A stretch of 64,000 nt of DNA from Eledone cirrhosa (Eukaryota). Location: the NCBI GenBank assembly GCA_964016885.1, contig OZ024743.1:232128001-232192000 (forward strand), in the 5' to 3' direction. Below, in pieces: positions 28,494 to 42,768 of this stretch; position 1 is the stretch's first letter, and the number at the start of each line of letters is the position of its first letter. The notes below the pieces were generated by a model. The model was not told the DNA's origin. It ran no database searches and was given only the letters and a program-made list of their open reading frames with translations. The position numbers were made by a program, and so were the translations under genes.

Positions 28494-30300
28494 TGTTTCT
28501 TTTATTTGCCACCAGGGCATCAAAAGTGGGACAAGTACAATGGGGGGAGTTTACAAAACAAGGCGTCCTCAATAAGGAGGAGGCAATAACAATATATAAA
28601 AATAAAATAAAATATAACAAAAAATAAAATTTATAACAAAGTCCTCAATAGAGAGGAGGCGCCTTGGGGGGTCGCACACACCCCCGAAAAAAGTGTGCAA
28701 CCCTTCTCCTCAGGAGCACAGAGAAGAGGTGCTCCCTTGGTCTTTCATCTTCCTCACCTATAGTCTGATGTAGAGTGAAGGCCCATTCACACGGGCCATT
28801 CTCGCCACTTTCACCCATCTTTCATAGAAACGGCTGGGGTGCAGCACCTCTCTCTCCATCCTGATCCTTCTTCCGAAATGATATCGGAAGAAACGGACCA
28901 GTTGAAAGGTGTCTGACCTCAGTCCTTTCAGACGCGTCCACCATACAACCTCTTTCGCCATGGCTATTACGCACAGAAACACCGCCTCTCCTTCGTTTTT
29001 GAAGAGGGGAGGCGGCTTGATCGTTACAATAGACTCGGTGGTCAACCGGATCGGTCCCACCCTTGACAGCAGTTGTTCGACATAGCCCCACAGATCGGCA
29101 ATGCCCTAGCAGTGTACCAATGCGTGTGCAACGGTTTCCTCGTCGCACACGCATCTGGGACAGACCTTTTTCGATGGGTCCCTACCCGGGCGCCCGTGTC
29201 TGTAGAGCCTTTCTCGAACGGGCAGAGCCCTTCTGTAGCATTGCCAGGCCAGGGACCTCTGGAAGTTATCCATGGGTCCCGGGCTGAATGTCCTACCGAA
29301 CAGGTTGGCCAGTTCGTCTTCCTCCATGCCTAGGGCTTCTCCGAGGGCGTCGTCGCACCTGCTAACCACCAGCCCTCTATAGAATGACGAGATGGATTCT
29401 CCACTGACAGCCGGGTCCGCCTGCCAGAGAGCCGTGAGCGCCTGGGCACACTCGGTGTGCCAGGCGCCCAGTTTTCTCGGTCTTTGCTTGACCCAGGATT
29501 GCAGCTCGGTGAGTGAGACGAGTCTGGGAAAGGCTCGCCTCACAAACGGGGCCCACACCGGTTGACCGGAGAGGAATACCTGAAGGTGCCGTAGCCTTAA
29601 TGCGTGTTTACGTATCATCAGCCACGGCATCCCCAGCCCTCCTTTCGAAGGGTGTTGACAGCAGATGGATCTCCTCACCATAGGAGCCCGCTTCTTCCAA
29701 AGGAATTGGAAGAGTGCGCGCTCCATTTTGGCGAGCGTTTCCCTTGGGCAAGGCACCACGCTCAGGCGGTAGTAGATGACGGACGCTATATAAGTGTTCG
29801 CCACCTCCGCCCGACCTTTCAGGGACAGTTTGCAGTCGGCCCACTTCTGGGTCAGTGCAAACAACCTACTCGTCACCTCACCCCAGTTCTTCTCCACCTG
29901 GAGGTCTGGTCCGAACCAGACCCCGAGCAATTTCACCGGGCCCTCCGTCCAGCGCCCGACGACGCCATCGGAGGGCATCGATCTGCCCCTCCACGTGCCG
30001 ATTTGCAGACCGATCGACTTGTCTCGGTTGAGCTTAGCCCCTGTAAACCTTTCGTACTCCTCCAGTAAGGTGCCGATCCCCCCGATTTCCGAGGCCGTCG
30101 ACACCATTACTGTTACGTCATCGGCGTAGGCTGACACCGCTTTCCGCAATCCCGGTTCCAACGGGATGCCCTGCAACAACTCCAACTTCCGCAGCAGTGG
30201 CTCTAGAGTCACTACATACAGAAGGGAGGAGAGAGAGCACCCCTGTCGATTTCGAACGGCTCCGAGAGGTAGCCGTTCACCTTGACCCTAGAGCAGATGC
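28494..30300 (-). mobile_element. Tx1 copy 2, 5'-truncated within RT
   Basis: ORF 29106..30212 (AYADD, KLLGVWFGP, CPRC..DEETVAHALVHC). 3' end is gtggcaaataaa followed by (TATC)n. Confidence 0.92.
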
Positions 30301-31253
30301 GGCAGGGGCACAAAAGAAGGGGACAAATACAAAGGGGGAAGTTTACATACAATGTAAAAAATGTGCAACCCTCATCTCCAGGAGTACGAAGAGTTTGTAC
30401 CCCTTTGCTCTCCTCCTCTTTTTCCTCAACCTACAGGCTGATATAGAGAGAAGGCCCATTCACTCGGGCCATTCTCGCCATTTTTACCCACCTTTCATAA
30501 AACTTGCTGGTACACAGCACCTCACTCTCCATCCTGATTCTTATTCTAAAGTCGTATTTGAAAAAATAATCAGTTGTTGGCCGGATAGAAAGGTGTCTGA
30601 CCTCAGCCTTTTCAACCTTGTCCACCATACAACCTCTTTCGCCATAGCTATCACACAAAGGAAAACCGCCTCTCCTTCGTTTTTGAAGGAGGGTGGCGGT
30701 TTGATAATGACAATGGATTCAGTGGTCAACCGGATTGGTCCCACCCGCGACAATAGTAGTTCTACATAGCCCCACAGGTCGGTAACGCCCGGGCAGTGTA
30801 TGAATGCGTGCGCGACGGTTTCTTCGTCTCGCACGCACCTCGGACAGATCTTTTTTGAAGGGTCCCTGCCCGGGCGCCCATATCTGTAGAGCTTGTCTCG
30901 AAATGGTAGAGCTCCTCGGTAGGACTGCCAGGCCAGGAACTTTTGGAAGTTGTCCATCGGTCCCGGGCGGAAGGACCTACCGAACGGACTGGCCAGTTCG
31001 TCTTCCTCTACGCCCAGAGTTTTACCGAGCGCGTCGTCGCACTTGCTGCGGATCAACCCTCTATAGAATGACGAAGTGGAGTCTTCACTGACCGCCGGAT
31101 CCGCCTGCCAGAGGGCTGTGAGAGCCTGAGCACATTCGATGTGCCAGTCGCCCATTTTCCTCGGTCTTTGCTTGACCCAGGACTGCAGCTCGGTCAGCGA
31201 GACGAGTCGTGACAGGGCTCGCCTCACGAATGGGGCCCACACCGGTTGTCCGG
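30301..31253 (-). mobile_element. Tx1 copy 3, 5'-truncated and lacking the extreme 3' terminus
   Basis: ORFs 30541..31242 and 30431..30658 are homologous to the C-termini of copies 1 and 2. The 5' junction abuts tagatagatagatagat (31254-31270). Confidence 0.9.
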
Positions 31254-31679
31254 TAGATAGATAGATAGATTGACAGGCATATATATATATGTATATAAAT
31301 ATATATGTGTGTGTGTGTATATAAGGAGAATGAGAGAAAGCTCTAGAAAAAGAGAGAAATAGTGTGTGAGACAGAAATAAAGTGATAAAATGAAACGTGT
31401 TGGTTTGGTATTATGAGAGTTTCCTAGATATGGTGGGAGGAGAAGTTTAAGATAACAACGTACTTTTACAAATATAATTTGGGGAATACGTTTTATTATA
31501 TATGTCTCCGGCAAGAAAAAGATTATCTGCATTTATAAGTGAAAAACTTGAAATAATGCAGAAACTATGCACGCACACACACACACACACACACATATGT
31601 GTGTGTGTGTGTGTGTATATATATACACATATATATAAATATGTGTGTGTATACATATATATATATGTATATATATATA

Positions 31680-32050
31680 CATGTGCAGCTAACCTTAGTC
31701 TCCTCTGTCTCACGTTTGAGCTGACTTTTGGGATGCTCCCATACAGCTATGAGTTTTTCATCCTCAGTGTATACTGATTAATGTTCAGAGCCATCCTCAG
31801 CATTCTCGTGTAGCACCCATCCACCCATCCGACATCCAGAGTTGACATTGCACTCAGTGCTCCTTTGGGAGCCTCTACATGGACACACTAGAAGAGGAAG
31901 ACCAAGGTTAATGTATGTTGATGCCCTAAAGACAGACACTGGTCTGTTGGAGACGCAGGACATGGCAGCGATAATGAGGGACAGAGACCGCTGGAGAGAA
32001 CTCGTCCATGGATCTCGGGAATTTTACCCGCCTTAGATTAGATTAGATAT
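31680..32050 (+). mobile_element. 3' fragment of an RTE-like LINE with 5' inversion
   Basis: Plus 31827-32036 reads IRHPELTLHSVLLWEPLHGHTRRGRP...DRDRWR, with a (TAGAT)n tail. Minus 31680-31824 reads DGCYTRMLRMALN...LYGSIPKVS...RQRRLRLAAH. Confidence 0.8.
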
Positions 32051-32146
32051 ATATATACATGTATATATATATATGTATGTATATATGTATATATGCATAT
32101 ATATATATATATGTATATATATATATGTATGTATATATGTGTGTAT

Positions 32147-32458
<312 letters not shown>

Positions 32459-33112
32459 ATATATATATATATATATAATATGAGTATGCGTGTGTGTTTC
32501 TGTGTATGCATATTGTCAGCGTTTGTTAGGGTCTAAGATTATACATATATACACATAGTTGTCTATAGATGCATCTAAAGCTGTGTGTGCATTCTTGAGT
32601 CTTTCCATTTGACGCACACATTATCTGTAATCAACCTGTTTTGCCTTGTTGCTTCTCTCTCATTCACGCTAATTCTCAATACATTATTCCATACTTTCCT
32701 TTAACTTTGGGGTGCAAATACTCAGGAATTTGACAGCAAGAATTCTGTCTGTTATCGCTTGTTTTACAGTAGGCTTTTCAGGCTCCTTTTGATGCGCAGC
32801 TGGTTCTGTTAACACATACATATTTTCCACAATAATATTTTGTATTTTCTCTTTATAGACTGAGTCAACAACTTTATAAAAGACTGTTGGGTCTATTACT
32901 GTTTCCTATCTGTTGTTATACAGTTCTCGCTTATTTTATCTAAAGATTCTTTGATATTATCTATGACATTTCCTATTATCTAAGAGTTTTCGTATTTCTA
33001 TCTACTCCTATAAAAACACTTCACACATTTGGTTGGCTTTATCTTTGTTTAGTACTATAATCAGTGCTACATCGTATATCTAATCGAAGTAGTCTTTGTA
33101 CAGACTATTATA

Positions 33113-33296
33113 TGGTGGATTGGCAGTATCGGTAGAGGGTCGGGCGATATGCTTTCCAGCATAGAGTTACACCACTTTATGGTCTGAGTTCTAATCCCGC
33201 TGAGTTTAAATTAGCCTCTCCAGGGTCGATAAATTAAAGTACCTGTAATGTACTGGGATAATTGCTGCCCTTGTGCAAATAGTAGAAACAATTATG
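33113..33296 (+). mobile_element. SINE family A
   Basis: ggtggattggcagtatcggtagagggtc ... agtagaaacaattat. Confidence 0.88.
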
Positions 33297-33905
33297 AAGT
33301 AAACTGTTTAATAGAACACAGTAACCGTCATAGCAGCACTGTGCAAGGGGAATACAAACTGACATAAGAATTTCAGTGGGGACGTCTAGTAGGGCAGTCA
33401 ATGAAGTAACTAAATGCTGTTGGTGTTTTCAACTACCGGAGTAGGCCCTACATAAGTACCTATAGATCTCGATACATACTGGCAAATGAGCTCCCTTGTA
33501 AGTATAACATTTTGAAGCTGAGTCGGAGGTTGGTTTGTCGAATAGCTATATAATTAAAGCGAGTTGTATGAGTTGTATGAGTGTATTAGTTTTCGCTCTT
33601 ATTTTACAACAACGTGGAATGAGTTGCAAGCCCCGGTTCCGTCTTCCGGAACGGAGTTGAATAAATTATATGGGGCCAGATGTTATGCACTTAGCAACTT
33701 CAGAGAGTAATGCGGTCCCGAAATAGTTCGACGTTGTTATATAGGAGTTTATCGGTGTGATTTGTCTTCAAACCCAGCAACAATAGACAGTCGCACTCTG
33801 CTGCTGACGTGTATTGTTGTGTAGAGGATTTTCAATAACCACGTTTCAAATGAACATATCAGCATATAGCAGTGAATTATATGCATTATTTCAACATACC
33901 TTGTA

Positions 33906-34960
<1,055 letters not shown>

Positions 34961-35624
34961 CGATGGCGTTGACAACTTCTCCTTTTCGGGTAGTGTCTTC
35001 GATGTTTAGAGAGTGGTATTGGTCGAGTGCAAGGCCTTTCCCAACTGAAAAAACCTTCAAAGCACAGGTATTGCTTTTTCAGAATCTGTTACAAGCGATT
35101 GCAATACTTTTATAGGTGAATGTATGTATTTATGTTTCAAGAATATATACCACATATGTGAATATATGCAGGTAATATTTTACTACGTAGGCCACATCTT
35201 TTCGAAGTGAATTCATATTGATCATTTGAGGCCATGACACAGAAACTAAAACAACTATATATGTACAAGCAGTACTTCACATAGACCAACTATGAAAGTT
35301 ATGTCTATAAACTCAAAAGAAAAGCATGTTTTTCAAGAAATAAATAATGCTGTAAGATAATATTTTTGGTTCTATATTTATTCATTGTTTGGAGAATATC
35401 TATAAAATTCTGATTTTATAAAGACTGATTTGTTTGCCTTCATTCCCTGCCCAACTGACGATTATCAGCAACCTATTCACCCCAAATATTTTGAATTCAT
35501 GTGGTTTTGTATAGGGCAAGTTTTAATTAAATCGAACGAAGTCGGGTCCTTTTGCTAGTACAGAATAGTATGGTATTGTATATTTGTGTGTGAGGGTGTT
35601 TGCGGTGTGTAACTAGTGTAACTA

Positions 35625-35700
<76 letters not shown>

Positions 35701-35703
35701 ATA

Positions 35704-35735
<32 letters not shown>

Positions 35736-35913
35736 GTCACCCGATTCGAAAATGCTTATGAAAATATACGTGTTGATGTCGTTCTCAAATAGGTAGAGTG
35801 AATCAAATTTACATATCATAATGGACATCTATGATTTTAAATATTAATAAATCGATAATTGAATTAATCATAAATTTATATAGTAATAGGTGTAGAGGTG
35901 TATACATAAATAC

Positions 35914-36004
<91 letters not shown>

Positions 36005-36164
36005 CATATACATTCATGTATATAGTGGGGATATATGTAAATATGTAAATGTTTTTAGGTAGATTTATATTTATATATGCTACAAACGAAAAAAATACAA
36101 ATTAACAAGTAAACAAACACTTTCAAATACGTACATACATGCATAAATATATACATATATATAT

Positions 36165-36282
<118 letters not shown>

Positions 36283-36557
36283 ATATATATATATATGTGT
36301 GTGTGTATGTATATATATAGAGAGAGATACATATGTATATATATATGTACAGAAATAGATAAAAATTTGTCGCTAGAAACCCAGAAACGTATATTTCAAT
36401 ATTCTAAGCAGGAAGCTATTAAGAAATCTATTTTCCTATAAATTCTTAATCTACTCCGTTGAATAATAAATCTATACAGTGTCGAATCTTAGTGAATTCC
36501 AATAAGAAGGACGATGTGTGGAATAAATCTTTACAAAACAAGATCAATATAGTTTGC

Positions 36558-36624
<67 letters not shown>

Positions 36625-36662
36625 TATACAAATATATATAAATATATACACATATAAATACC

Positions 36663-36737
<75 letters not shown>

Positions 36738-36740
36738 ATA

Positions 36741-36820
<80 letters not shown>

Positions 36821-37543
36821 TGTGTGTGTGCGAGTGTTGTTGTTGTTTGTGCATTTTTGTGTGTGTGTACATGGGAGACAAATGGTATAGGCATTTTCAT
36901 GTGTTATGTTTGTTTGTGTCGTAATTCGCCGTAAACGGTCACGTTTCTAAGATTTCCGCATAGATTTTATTTTCTTTCAGAAATACGTTCCGAAAATTGT
37001 TTGTCTTGGTATATTTTTTATTACGAAAGGGCCCCGGAACATCACCTAAGGTAGATTTGTGTGTCTTTCGGCATTTTAAACTATACATTTTTGACAAATA
37101 GACATTTAGATATGCGCAATACTCATTAAAAGATGGGTATCTCTTAAATGACAGATGGTAGTGTTGTTCTATAGTGGTTTGAGACGATAAACTAACGTTA
37201 TCTGAAGTTATTTTCAAACGGAATAGAATTCAAACACAGATGATGCTATGAGATTTAAAAAGTTGAGAACACAGTGGGAGATTTTCTAAAAAAATATGAC
37301 ACCTATATTTCCAGAGTCTAGACTTTGAGAGATTTAAATATTCCCCCAAAATAGGGGTAACATGAGGTGTTCACGGCTGTGTGGAAAGACATTTGCATGG
37401 TAGATTAGTGTATGGCATATGGAAAACTGTGGTCGGTTTTTATGAGCTTTTATGAGGGAGCAAGACAGGAATTGATTATACTGGCATATATATTCGTTTG
37501 TGCTCCAAGTCGAAACTGCTTGAGCTGCGGTCGAGATCTTACA

Positions 37544-37636
<93 letters not shown>

Positions 37637-37662
37637 GTATATATATATATATATATATATAT

Positions 37663-38625
37663 AGGTTGAGGCCAACCTCTCGGTCGTTAATTACGTCGAC
37701 GTTACCCTCAATTTATCGAATGGCTTGCATTACCCGTATAGAAAGCTGAATGATACGCTTAATTACATAAGTAAGCATTCCAACCATCCTGCCAGCATAA
37801 CCAAGAACCTGGTAAGAAACATTTCTTTGAGGCTTTCCCATCTATCTACTAACGAGCATATTTTCAACGACCATTCCACTTATTACAATGAAGCTCTTGC
37901 TCGGAGTGGATTTGTCGATAAGTTAGCATATACAGAGTACGAGAATAGACCTAGAAGAAATAGATCCCGTCGCATTATATGGTATAACCCACCATATAAT
38001 ATGGAGGTGGCCACACCATTAGCTAAGATCTTTCTTACGAAGCATTTTCCCCCTACACATAAATATAGTAAAATGTTTAATAGAAATACTATTACGACTC
38101 CTAACCTTGCACATAACATTATAGCTTCAAATTTAGCTAAACTACCTAGCCGTAGGAACACGTGCAACCCTCTAGTTAGTACTAACTGTAATTGTAGGAA
38201 TCGGGTTGATTGCCCCCTATCCGGGAAATGCCTCTCTAGTAAGATTGTCAACAAATGTAAGGTTGAAACACCCACGTCCCGTAGGGCCTACATAGGGGGT
38301 AACCGCCAATAGATTCAAGCAGCGCCTTTACATTCATACCCATTCTTTTTGTTACCCTCTAAGAAGGAATATGACTTCACTTTCAGCTTATATCTGGAGT
38401 CTAAAAGACAACCACACCCAATAAAAGTTACACTGGGAGATCCTAGCTAGGGCTAGATCGCATAACGGAAATAAAAGACCATGTGACCTCTGCGCCGCTG
38501 AAGCCCTGGAAATACTCTACGCCACAAACCACATATTAAACAAAAAATCTGAGGCAATTTCGGCTTGTAAACATAAATTGCACAAAACTTTCCTGTATTA
38601 CAGCCCCACATCATACCCTAACGGA
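37663..38625 (+). pseudogene. PLE ORF remnant (RT 3' part, thumb, GIY-YIG)
   Basis: VNYVDVTLNL..G..YPYRK; SNHPASI; IIWYNPPY; CNCRNRVDCPLSGKC...YIG. After a frameshift: RFKQRLYIH...TSLSAYIWSLK...CDLCAAE...LNKKSEAISACKH. Confidence 0.88.
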
Positions 38626-39246
38626 TAGTACGATCTATACGTGGATATTTTACGTCTTGATGTGGTAGCTAAGTATATGTTGTGTTTATACCATTACTTA
38701 TTTGCATAGGTAAGTATATATTACCTGTATGTTTTGTGAAGGTACTTATACTTTCTCGTACGTATATTTGATTGTATATGTTAGGGCGTATATTTTTATA
38801 TATTCTGGTACATATGCTTTTGGTTATGTGTTTACGGGAGTATTGCGTCTGTGTGAGTATGCGGGTCCGTACGTATGTTTGGTCCGTGTATATGTGTACT
38901 TCATGTTGTGGTTAACGTTCGTCTCCGAACATTTGTGTATTTACATGTAGGTATGTGCGTGCGCTTGTTATATACGTATTTATTTATTTATATACGTTTA
39001 TTTAATTACTTATTTATTTGTATACATGCACACACACACATATTTATATGTGCGTGGTTTTGTATACCTATGGCGAGTGTTTTCGCGTATGCTTGTGTAT
39101 GTACGTATTTGGATTCGGGTATGTATTTATTTAATTTCAATTACCTCTGTATTGTATTTTATTACTTTATTCTTTACTCTGAAGCGGAGAATCATTCGGT
39201 TTCCTAGTTAGAATTTTAGGCTACGACTTCAGCTATACCATTTACT

Positions 39247-39490
39247 TGGTTTTGTCTTTGCGTGCAATTGTTCTCCGCGATCCACATATGACGTATTATC
39301 TTCGTTTTTTTCGTTCATTGCCAGAGAACGTCTATATGAACCACCTAAGAGAACATTAGTCAACGACTTCTTTTATACCATAAACGTGGTTCTGTCTTTG
39401 CGTGTAATTGTTTTTCACCGCTCCTATTAATGACGTATTATATTCGTTTTTTACCGTTCTTTGCCAGGGAACGTTTCCACGCACCTAAGT
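39247..39490. repeat. Diverged ~140-bp tandem duplication downstream of the PLE ORF
   Basis: tggtt.tgtctttgcgtg.aattgtt...atgacgtattat.ttcgtttttt...ttgccag.gaacgt...cacctaag occurs twice. Confidence 0.75.
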
Positions 39491-39631
39491 ATCGCCTTCC
39501 TGTCTTCCTCCGGTTGCAACGTTTTTTGAAATATCCACTTCTGCGTTTACAGATTGACTTTGTTAGTTTCAGAAGATCCCGTTAAGGGTGAATGCAGCGA
39601 TTCTTTGCTTAAACTTTAATCTGTTATTTTA

Positions 39632-39701
<70 letters not shown>

Positions 39702-39703
<2 letters not shown>

Positions 39704-40755
39704 TATATAATATAATACTTTGAGAATAAGATCTCAGTCCTTTACAATAATTAAGCTCCAGGAAAGGGTCATTTCCGAGCAGTTAAATACATTAAAATAT
39801 ATGATAAACACAAAACGTGTTTGCATTGCAACAGACAGTCAGCTATTAATGAAATAAACTAATTAAAGTGAATACAATTTGTCTGTCTCGATATAAGTCA
39901 ATAAAGACAATCTTATATTGGCAACTGCCATGATTCCTGGACAGATTTAAATTTCAAAATCCAAACCTGTTCTGTAGACGAATTTGAACCTCGAAACCTA
40001 AATCCGTTTCGCAATGGTGGTATGTGAATTTAAAAAATAAAGAGAATCGAAATGGAATTGAAATAAAAAGTGAAATATCCAAATCTTCTGTGCATATCAA
40101 CAGGAATCCAGTAGAAATTAGTACATTTCACATCAAAAAATGTTGCAAGTCTGACTACACGTGTATAGCCAGACCAAACTAGCTGTCCCGCATTAACGGT
40201 GCTAGAAATAACAGCCATATATGCGGGATTAAAAATCAGCTCTAACATTTAAGGAGCAATATACTGTATAATATAATACTTTGAGAATAAGCTCTCAGTC
40301 CTTTACGATAATTAAGCTCCAGGAAATGGTCATTTCCGAGCAGTTAAATACATTAAAATATATGATAAACACAAAACGTGTTTGCATTGCAACAGACAGT
40401 CAGCTATTAAGGAAATAAACTAATTAAAGTGAATACAATTTGTCTGTCTCGATATAACAGAAGATTTGGATATTTCACTTTTTATTTCAATTCCATTTCG
40501 ATTCTCTTTATTTTTTAAATTCACATACCACCATTGCGAAACGGATTTAGGTTTCGAGGTTCAAATTCGTCTACAGAACAGGTTTGGATTTTGAAATTTA
40601 AATCTGTCCAGGAATCATGGCAGTTGCCAATATAAGATTGTCTTTATTGACTTATATCGAGACAGACAAATTGTATTCACTTTAGTTAGTTTATTTCATT
40701 AATAGCTGACTGTCTGTTGCAATGCAAACACGTTTTGTGTTTATCATATATTTTA

Positions 40756-40760
<5 letters not shown>
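39702..40760. mobile_element. (TA)n-flanked non-coding element with a ~195-bp direct repeat and a ~300-bp inverted repeat
   Basis: 39702-39896 matches 40262-40457. 40458-40760 is the reverse complement of 39787-40090. Confidence 0.85.
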
Positions 40761-40839
<79 letters not shown>

Positions 40840-40903
40840 GCCTGTCTCTCGCTCTCTCTGTGTATATATATATAGATATAGATATATATATGTATGTAGG
40901 TAT

Positions 40904-41262
40904 GTAAAAGGTAAACAGAAATAACAACACAATCGGTACAGTATATGGAAGGTATATATTAGGTTAACGCTTGATAAAGGAGGAAGAGGGTCTTAACGTT
41001 TCGGACGCTAGTTCTTCATCAGAAGAAAGAATGAGAAATAAAATAAATTGAGGGGACGGGCGGGATGGAATTGGAAAACATTTCTTTAGATAAAAATAAT
41101 AGATCCATTCATGTTGACTTCACTTGCAAAACTGTTGGTGCTGTCGTTTTGTGTATGATTTGTTTATTTTAGAAAAGTAGATAATGGAGCGCGTCTACCT
41201 GAAATGGAATATAAACCGTTTTCTAAAAAGAGCTATACATGAGGACGTGCGTAAGCATGAGT
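40904..41262 (-). mobile_element. Solo PLE pseudo-LTR (paralogue of 34020-34380) with HHR at 40991-41026
   Basis: Direct similarity. CTGATGA...GAAACGTTAAGA is retained; helix II is weakened. Confidence 0.8.
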
Positions 41263-41284
41263 GTGTATATATATATATATATAT

Positions 41285-41821
41285 GTCTCATGGTCGGGTC
41301 GTTGGCGACTAAACTGGCAACCCCACCAAGGTTTCTTGGTGAGGAGGGTGACTTTGGACATCCTGCAGGACTAAAAACAAAACCTGTCAAAGAGTCAATG
41401 GCCATCCAAAATCACCGGGAGAGATGACCCCTTAGCCTTTGTAAAGGCAGAATTCTAGGAGAAGGAAAACTCTGATATAACACCTGCAACCCTGATGGTA
41501 TCCAATGATGTTGACTTATTCTTCTTTTTGGTAAATATCATCTTGGTTAAGAGAGTGGGACTGGCTTTGTGCAGTGCCTTTGCTCACTATAAAAGCTTCA
41601 CGGCACAGGCATTGCTTTATATCTGGAGATCTCTCTGCACTTGTCGTCACATGGAACCATGGGCCCAGCACTATGTGTCAATAATTGTCACAGGTGTAGT
41701 GTTTGTACCAGAGTTTTCAAGTAGCTAGCTGGACTAAAATGTCACACTCGTCCAGCGCATCGGTAGGAGATCTCCTACATGGATATAAAGTAGTGGCCGT
41801 ACTCGAAAACGAGTTGGCAGC

Positions 41822-41825
<4 letters not shown>
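41285..41825 (+). mobile_element. Non-autonomous, internally deleted RTE-derived element
   Basis: RTE-like 5'-UTR motif ctaggagaaggaaaactctga joined to a C-terminal C2H2-finger remnant and 3' end ggccgtactcgaaaacgagttggcagccac. Second copy at 55963-56348. Confidence 0.7.
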
Positions 41826-41879
<54 letters not shown>

Positions 41880-41885
<6 letters not shown>

Positions 41886-42232
41886 AAGGTTTAGTAAATA
41901 ATGAAAAAGTTTCAAAATAAATTTTAAAAAATTGACTTTACCTACTATAGTTACCTTTACCAATCGGTTTCGAATCCCAAAAATAAAACGGAGACCATAC
42001 TCCCAGGAACAGTCTTTGATAGCGCTAGTTTGTGATTTAAATTCAGGAATTTTATATTCTTTGAATGAAAAGAACCTTCTGACGAGAATCTTTCTTTGCA
42101 ACGAAGGCCGTATGGTCTCCGTTTTATTTTTGGGATTCGAAACCGATCGGTAAAGGTAACTATAGTAGGTAAAGTCAATTTTTTAAAATTTATTTTGAAA
42201 CTTTTTCATTATTTACTAAACCTTGTTTATAT
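41880..42232 (+). mobile_element. Foldback mini-element with ~120-bp inverted arms and a hammerhead ribozyme
   Basis: 41880-42000 is the near-perfect reverse complement of 42110-42232. Follows a (TA)n tract. Confidence 0.9.
42074..42157 (+). ncRNA. Type-I hammerhead ribozyme with intact core
   Basis: acctt-CTGACGA-gaatc...(43 nt)...gattc-GAAA-ccgatcgg-TA-aaggt. Helix III is palindrome ACCGATCGGT; GUA site. Confidence 0.8.
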
Positions 42233-42303
42233 TTGTTCTGGCTCGTTAATTTATTAACCCGCCATTGAACCACACTGGCACTTGGTTGGACAATACATGC
42301 GTA

Positions 42304-42344
<41 letters not shown>

Positions 42345-42345
42345 G

Positions 42346-42590
<245 letters not shown>

Positions 42591-42696
42591 TATATATGCC
42601 ATCGGGGTTATACATTTTCCTATTACCCACTCTACTACCCTAAGTATTGAGTACTCTGCTGCGTTATGGTCCATCTGGTTCCTTACAACTCCTTCG

Positions 42697-42768
<72 letters not shown>

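Noticed and set aside
22892-31091. Plus-strand ORFs over the Tx1 copies
   Set aside because: Antisense shadows of GC-rich ORF2.
39565-39602. Hammerhead downstream of the 37663 PLE
   Set aside because: CAGAAGA...GAAT has two core mismatches and no helix I or III.
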